A DNA stretch of 39,406 nt from Actinomycetota bacterium (GTDB lineage: Bacteria > Actinomycetota > Thermoleophilia > Gaiellales > Gaiellaceae): assembly GCA_020029625.1 (NCBI GenBank), contig JAIBJP010000013.1, positions 1 to 39,406 of the forward strand. The letters run 5' to 3'. Both the position numbers and the translations under genes were made by a program. Within the stretch, counting starts at the first letter, position 1; each line of letters begins with the position of its first letter. Below, in pieces: positions 34,667 through 39,406 of the stretch. The notes beneath the pieces are model-generated. The model saw only the letters and a program-made list of their open reading frames with translations, did no database searches and was not told the origin of the DNA.

Positions 34667-35395
34667 GTGGACCCAGTGTTCGTCGACGTCCACTCGCACG
34701 TCGTTCCCTCGGGCGACGACGGGGCCCAGAGCAACGAGGAAGGGCTCGAGCTCTGCCGGAGCGCGGCGCAGAACGGGACGACGGTTCTCTACGCCACCCC
34801 TCACGTCTGGCCGATGCTTCCCCTGCCGCCGGAGCGGGAGGAGACCATCCGCGCGAGCCACGCCGAGCTGGCCCGCGCTGCAGCCGCCTTCGGGCTGGAC
34901 CTTCGGCTCGGCTTCGAGCTGACGCCGACCACGGCGCTGCTGGAGGAGGACCCCAACCGCTTCCGACTCGGCGACCTCCCGGCCGTCCTCATGGAAGTGC
35001 CCTTCCACGGCTCTCTCGACCTCGCTGAGCGCCTCGCAGAGCACATCGAGGCAGTGGGCCTAGTCCCTGTGATCGCACATCCAGAGCGTTCTCAGGCCGT
35101 CCTGGACGATCAAGGCCTCGCCGCAGGAATGGCCGAGCGGGGCTGGCTCCTGCAGGTCAACGCCACGAGCATCGTCGGCTACCACGGAGCCGAGATCGAA
35201 GCGAGCGCCTGGCGGCTCGTCGACGACGGCCTCGCCGGCCTCGTGGCCTCCGACGGACACCGCCGCGCGCGGCCGCCGCACCTCAACGAGGCCTTCCGGG
35301 CCGTCCAGGCGAGACTGGGGGAGGGGGCTAACGCTCTCTTCGACGGCCGGGCTCTACCGGCTGGCGACCGCGTCGATCTCGCGGAGCGACGCTAG
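34667..35395 (+). CDS. PHP-family protein-tyrosine phosphatase (CpsB/YwqE-like)
   Basis: [15 protein letters not shown] at the N-terminus, then ATPHV, IAHPER and ASDGH metal-ligand motifs. GTG 34667 is chosen so the protein starts just before the DxHxH motif. ORF track start is 34526. Confidence 0.72.
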   Translation: MDPVFVDVHSHVVPSGDDGAQSNEEGLELCRSAAQNGTTVLYATPHVWPMLPLPPEREETIRASHAELARAAAAFGLDLRLGFELTPTTALLEEDPNRFRLGDLPAVLMEVPFHGSLDLAERLAEHIEAVGLVPVIAHPERSQAVLDDQGLAAGMAERGWLLQVNATSIVGYHGAEIEASAWRLVDDGLAGLVASDGHRRARPPHLNEAFRAVQARLGEGANALFDGRALPAGDRVDLAERR

Positions 35396-36415
35396 CCGGG
35401 AGAGCGATTCGATCTCGATCTGGCGCACGCGCTCGCGCGTGATGCCGAGCCGGCGCCCGATGTGCTCGAGCGTGTGCGGCTCCTCGCCGCGCAGCCCGTA
35501 GCGGAGCTCGAGGACACGCCGGTCGCGCTCGGGGAGAGACTCCAGAGCCCGGTCGAGGGCCTCCTTCTGGAGCCGGCGCTCCGTCTCCTCTTCGGGCAGC
35601 GGGTCCTCGCCGGCGACGAGATCCCCGAAGACCGCATCCTCCTGCTCGCCGATCGGCTGGTCGAGGCTCGTGGAGGCCCGAGCCGCCGCCCGCACTTCGA
35701 TCGCCTGCTGCAACGGAAGACCGGCCTCATGCGCGATCTCCTCGAGCGAAGGCTCACGCGCGAGCTGCGTCCAGAGATGCCTTTCGGCGCGATGCATCTT
35801 CTGCATGCGCTCGACGACGTGGACGGGAACGCGGATCGTCCGCGCCTTGTCCGCGATCGCGCGGGCGACCGCCTGGCGGATCCACCAGGTGGCGTACGTC
35901 GAGAACTTCAGACCCCGCTGCCACTCGAACTTCTCGACGGCGCGGATGAGGCCGAACATTCCCTCCTGGATCAGGTCGAGGAAGGGGAGGCCCTGGTTGC
36001 GGTAGTTCTTCGCGATCGAGACGACGAGCCGAAGGTTGCATTCGATCATGCGGCGCTTGGCTTCCATGTCGCCGCGCTCGATTCGCTTCGAGAGCTCCAC
36101 CTCGTCGGCGGCCGTGAGCAGCGGGTGGCGTCCGATCTCGCGGAGGAAGAGCTGCAGCGCGTCCGTGGTCGTCTCGAGCACCTCGGTCGCGCGTGGGGGG
36201 GCGGTCGGCTCGCGTGCGGGCTCCTTCGGCGCCTCGACGACCTCGATGTTGCGCTCCTCGAGCTCGCGATAGAAAGCCTCCACATCCGCTGGCTCCACCT
36301 CGAGCGCGTCGAGAGCCTCGGTCAACTCGGTAGCGTCGAGAAACCCGGCCGCCTCGCCGCGCTCGAACAGATGCTGGATCTCCTCGTTGGTGAGGGCGGT
36401 CGTCTCGTCTGCCAT
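35354..36415 (-). CDS. rpoD: RNA polymerase sigma factor, probable principal sigma (RpoD/SigA-like, with an acidic region 1.1)
   Basis: Acidic N-terminus ([35 protein letters not shown]). [46 protein letters not shown], and 4.2 [19 protein letters not shown] follow. 42-nt convergent overlap with the phosphatase gene. Confidence 0.88.
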   Translation of the reverse strand: MADETTALTNEEIQHLFERGEAAGFLDATELTEALDALEVEPADVEAFYRELEERNIEVVEAPKEPAREPTAPPRATEVLETTTDALQLFLREIGRHPLLTAADEVELSKRIERGDMEAKRRMIECNLRLVVSIAKNYRNQGLPFLDLIQEGMFGLIRAVEKFEWQRGLKFSTYATWWIRQAVARAIADKARTIRVPVHVVERMQKMHRAERHLWTQLAREPSLEEIAHEAGLPLQQAIEVRAAARASTSLDQPIGEQEDAVFGDLVAGEDPLPEEETERRLQKEALDRALESLPERDRRVLELRYGLRGEEPHTLEHIGRRLGITRERVRQIEIESLSRLASLREIDAVASR

Positions 36416-36583
36416 TTAAAGCACGCGCCGCCCGGGCTAATCGACGCACGCACGGACCCCGGGCGGTACCGGGGCTACCCTACCAATCGGGGCAGGAAAG
36501 TAAACACCCACTCCCGACTCGCGGAGTGGTATTTCGCAAAATCCGGCCTATTCTCCGAGTAGAGCCCGCTCTTGTTGCGGCCA

Positions 36584-37717
36584 ATGGGGAGAGGGGACGG
36601 GTTGATTCTGCTTGACCAAGAAGCGACGTGGACTGGTGTCGGCGCCCTGGCGCTGTCGGCGTTCCTGCTGGCGCTCGGAATCGTCCTGTTCGCGCGTTGG
36701 CGGCGCGTAGCCGAACGGGAAGTCGCCCAGATCCAGGCGACGGGCGAGCGCACGGAGAAGCTGCTCACGGAGCTCTCGCGCGCGCTCGGCGACGCCAGGG
36801 ACGAACGGGGTCGCCTGGAAGCGCTCGGCGAGCTCGGTACGACGCTCGACCTCGACGCTGCGCTCGAGCGGGCGCTCGAGGTCGTGAGCCAGTTGGTCGA
36901 CGCCGACTCGGCGATGATCGTCCTCCGGCAGGAGGAGGGCGAGGCGATCACAGCCGCGTACGGGCTGACGGCCGAAGAGTCGGCCCGCGATCTGCTCGGC
37001 GTCCCTCCCGAGGCAGGAAAGGCCCGTGCGGTCAAGCTCGGGTACCTCTACACGGCCGAGGAAGCGGCCAACGACGAGTTTCGGCTCTCGGGCGGGGTCG
37101 CCGTGCCGCTGGCCGGCGCGCACGGGGAACGCATCGGAACGCTCGCGGTCTTCTGGCGCCGCGCGGATCGGGCCCTTACGGACGACCAGCTCGGGCGCTT
37201 CGAGGAGTTGGCGGCCACCTTCGGGCCCGCACTCGAGAACGCACGCCTCTACTCGGAGGCGCGAAGGCTGGCCGACACCGATCCGCTCACGAACCTCCGC
37301 AATCGCCGCTATTTCACGGAGCGGCTGCGCCGCGAATGCGCCCGCGCTCGGCGCTACGGCCGCGGCCTGGGGCTCCTGCTCTTCGAGACCGAGGGAGGCC
37401 TGGACGACCTCTTCTCCGCCGGTGAGCGGATCCAGGGCGCCGTCCGCAGCACCGACATCGCCTCTCACCTCGGAGACGGTCGCTTCGCGGTGATCATGCC
37501 GGAAGCGGGGCACGCGGACGCCGAGCGCCTCCATCGCCGCCTGCAGTTCGCCCTCGGCGGCCGCGTCGACGACAGCGACGGCGTCCGGCTCCACGCCGGC
37601 CTCGTCGAGCTGCGAAGTGAGGACGACGCCGCCATGTTCCTGCGCCGGGCCGAGGACGCCCTCGGACGCGCGAGGGAAGCGGTGCACGAGCCTCTCGCGG
37701 CCGTTCAGCGCCCCTGA
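36584..37717 (+). CDS. Membrane-anchored GAF domain protein with a degenerate GGDEF domain
   Basis: One TM helix and a GAF-like region. DPLTNLRNRRYF opens a GGDEF domain whose DxDxFK...GH..GD segment is shortened. Its signature reads GDGRF instead of GG(D/E)EF. ATG 36584, with TTG 36572 as an alternative. Confidence 0.82.
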   Translation: MGRGDGLILLDQEATWTGVGALALSAFLLALGIVLFARWRRVAEREVAQIQATGERTEKLLTELSRALGDARDERGRLEALGELGTTLDLDAALERALEVVSQLVDADSAMIVLRQEEGEAITAAYGLTAEESARDLLGVPPEAGKARAVKLGYLYTAEEAANDEFRLSGGVAVPLAGAHGERIGTLAVFWRRADRALTDDQLGRFEELAATFGPALENARLYSEARRLADTDPLTNLRNRRYFTERLRRECARARRYGRGLGLLLFETEGGLDDLFSAGERIQGAVRSTDIASHLGDGRFAVIMPEAGHADAERLHRRLQFALGGRVDDSDGVRLHAGLVELRSEDDAAMFLRRAEDALGRAREAVHEPLAAVQRP

Positions 37718-37869
37718 TCCACGGGGGTTCTCACCGTGAGCGGGGTGGTGGCTAGACGACCTCGCCAACCTGAAGGACCGCGACCGCGACAATGCGCCGC
37801 TCTAGAGAAGAACTTTTCGCGGGTTTCCCGAAGACGCCGTCATAGAGCTAAGAGAGCGAATCCGCCAAC

Positions 37870-38337
37870 TCAGTTCGTGCCGCTCCAGCGACGCAAGGTC
37901 TCACGGAGCCGCCTTCCTCGAGCCACCGTGCGCTCTGTCTCGGTGCTCCAATGGGCGACTGGAGTAGTCGGCTTGGTAAAGCTCCAATGAAGGACCTTGT
38001 CGGGCCCAAGCGCTCGGTGCTCGTACTGCATCTCGATTTGGAGTGATTTCTCTTCGACCTGGATCCGCTCGGTGTACCTTCCGCCCTTGAGCTTGCCTAA
38101 GAACGTCACTTCGGTTTTGCGTTTCGATGGATCGAATCGAACGATGTGGGCGCTGTCGCCTCGAATGAAGAGAAAGTCAGTCCCCTCACCCACAGGGTGA
38201 ATGAGATCGAAGTCTGCCTCCTGTCCAATGCTCTCGGTGAGACCGTTGCGGAAAGGAAACGGCAGGTTGCCCGCCTTGTCGAGCTCTCCTCCCATGTCCT
38301 GAAAGACCCGCGTCAGGTCCTGTAGCCAGCCTGCCAC
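37870..38337 (-). CDS. Orphan hypothetical protein in a low-GC islet
   Basis: 155-aa ORF with a GTG start and a weak RBS. No motif I recognise. Three 60-nt lines counted here are 52-55% GC, against 73% in a line of the adjacent gene. Confidence 0.45.
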   Translation of the reverse strand: MAGWLQDLTRVFQDMGGELDKAGNLPFPFRNGLTESIGQEADFDLIHPVGEGTDFLFIRGDSAHIVRFDPSKRKTEVTFLGKLKGGRYTERIQVEEKSLQIEMQYEHRALGPDKVLHWSFTKPTTPVAHWSTETERTVARGRRLRETLRRWSGTN

Positions 38338-38416
38338 TGTTGATGAATCACTCTACGCCAGGTCGATTTCACTTGGAGACCACACCAGGACAGCAACCAG
38401 CGCTCGATAACGGGCG

Positions 38417-38977
38417 TTATGTCAAGTTGACGGGCAAGCCGAGGAAGTCGGCTGCCTCCTGCACCACGTCGTCCCCCGCGTCCAGCGGTTGGACGTCCAC
38501 GACCCCGAGCGCGTCCTCGGCCCGGTCGAAAAGCGTGACGTTCGCCCAGAGAGACTCGAAGGTCGACCACCACCGGAGCCCTACTGCCCCCGCGTGACGT
38601 TCGAAGAGCTCGACGGCCTGCCTCTGCGTCGTCGAACGCTCGTTCGTGGCCACCAGCGACGGCCGCAGCTCCTCGCGCAGGAGCACTTCCGGATCGTCGA
38701 GGTCGATGAGCCCCGCGCCATCGCCGAGCTCGAGCGCGCCGAGCGCGAGCGGCTTGCCGTGGCGAAAGAGGTCCGGCGACTCGATCGACGTCCCCGTCAG
38801 TCCGGCAAGCTGCTCGACGAGCGCCGACACGGGTTCGAGGGACGCGTACAGGCACCCATAGAGGGTCGGAGCGTCGTGCCTCCCCTCACCCTGGAGCATG
38901 CGGGGAAACCAGAGTGCTCCACCGCGGGCTCGCTCCGAGACTGACTCGTCCCAGGCGAAGCAGCGGAAGAGAATCAC
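38417..38977 (-). CDS. RES-domain toxin (NAD+-targeting RES family)
   Basis: R, E and S contexts are present: GEGRHDAP..LY, SALVEQL and GLRWWSTFES. The GTG at 38977 overlaps the antitoxin stop (GTGA). 186 aa. Confidence 0.78.
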   Translation of the reverse strand: MILFRCFAWDESVSERARGGALWFPRMLQGEGRHDAPTLYGCLYASLEPVSALVEQLAGLTGTSIESPDLFRHGKPLALGALELGDGAGLIDLDDPEVLLREELRPSLVATNERSTTQRQAVELFERHAGAVGLRWWSTFESLWANVTLFDRAEDALGVVDVQPLDAGDDVVQEAADFLGLPVNLT

Positions 38978-39315
38978 GCGAAGGAGCCGGCCTGCTCCTG
39001 GCGGATGGCGGCGAGGAGCTCCTCCACCCTCCCCTGCCGGATGACGTCGATCGGACGCCGCTGGCGCAGGAAGGGGTTCAGGCCGAAGAGCCACTTCTCC
39101 GCCGTCGAGGGCTCGTACAGGCGGAGCAGCGCCGACATGACGAGCTCGAGCAGGTCGAGGCGCTCGGCGTTGTCGGGGTCGATCCCCTGTCCCCTCTTCC
39201 ACCGGCTGACCTGCGCCGGGCTCACCCCGAGCGCGTCGGCGAGGCGCCGCTGGGAGCGGAAGTCGCGGCTGAGCGCTTCCACCTTCACTGCGGGCTCGAC
39301 GGGCATGGGCGTCAT
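38974..39315 (-). CDS. Xre-family antitoxin with a DUF2384-type (MbcA/ParS-like) toxin-binding C-terminus
   Basis: HTH (RRLADALGVSPAQVSRWKRGQ), then AEKWLFGLNPFLRQRRPIDVIRQGRVEELLAAIRQ. This is typical of RES-cognate antitoxins. It lies upstream of, and coupled to, the RES gene. Confidence 0.8.
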   Translation of the reverse strand: MTPMPVEPAVKVEALSRDFRSQRRLADALGVSPAQVSRWKRGQGIDPDNAERLDLLELVMSALLRLYEPSTAEKWLFGLNPFLRQRRPIDVIRQGRVEELLAAIRQEQAGSFA

Positions 39316-39320
39316 TGTAA

Positions 39321-39339
39321 CGCAACGGAAAGTGTTGCG
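39321..39339. promoter_or_regulatory. Palindrome CGCAAC-N7-GTTGCG next to a TACAAT hexamer upstream of the antitoxin (candidate autoregulatory operator/promoter)
   Basis: Perfect 6-bp arms. On the minus strand a TACAAT (39319-39314) follows immediately and overlaps the first ATG. Confidence 0.35.
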
Positions 39340-39406
39340 ACACTTCGCGCGAGCTCCTTGCAGGCGTCCTTGTGACCCATTAGCGTGCCGGGGTTCTAAT
39401 GCTCCT

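Overview
High-GC (roughly 70% by eye) bacterial chromosomal segment with about 40 genes. The left two thirds are conserved housekeeping genes. These are a ribokinase fragment plus nucleoside hydrolase, ftsK, and a BMP-type (nucleoside-like) ABC importer. Then come a rodZ-like gene, cinA-thpR-recA-recX-rny, miaB-miaA-dapF-aminotransferase-hflX-dut-NUDIX, and murT/gatD on the other strand. This gene order, the presence of RNase Y and the GC content suggest a deep-branching Actinomycetota lineage such as Thermoleophilia or Rubrobacteria; that is inference only. The right third is more accessory. It holds two tandem paralogous S8 subtilases with unusual termini and a fused membrane GGDEF/HD-GYP enzyme. 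It also holds a protein made only of homing-endonuclease-associated repeats and a stand-alone class-II glutamine amidotransferase. Two sigma-70 genes flank a CpsB-type phosphatase, followed by a GAF plus degenerate GGDEF protein. A ~54% GC islet with an orphan gene and an Xre/RES toxin-antitoxin pair sit at the window edge. No rRNA, tRNA, CRISPR array or transposase was recognised. The best candidates for something undescribed are: (1) a ~145-155-nt non-coding, apparently structured element present twice in inverted orientation, in the rny-miaB spacer and again 15.7 kb downstream; (2) the twin subtilase module, with a duplicated N-terminal SALWGK motif, C-terminal Trp-containing ASWxx pentapeptide arrays and shared leader hairpins, next to c-di-GMP enzymes; (3) a syntenic DapF whose two catalytic cysteines are both serine. 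All coordinates and alignments were done by hand from the sequence, and no database search was possible.
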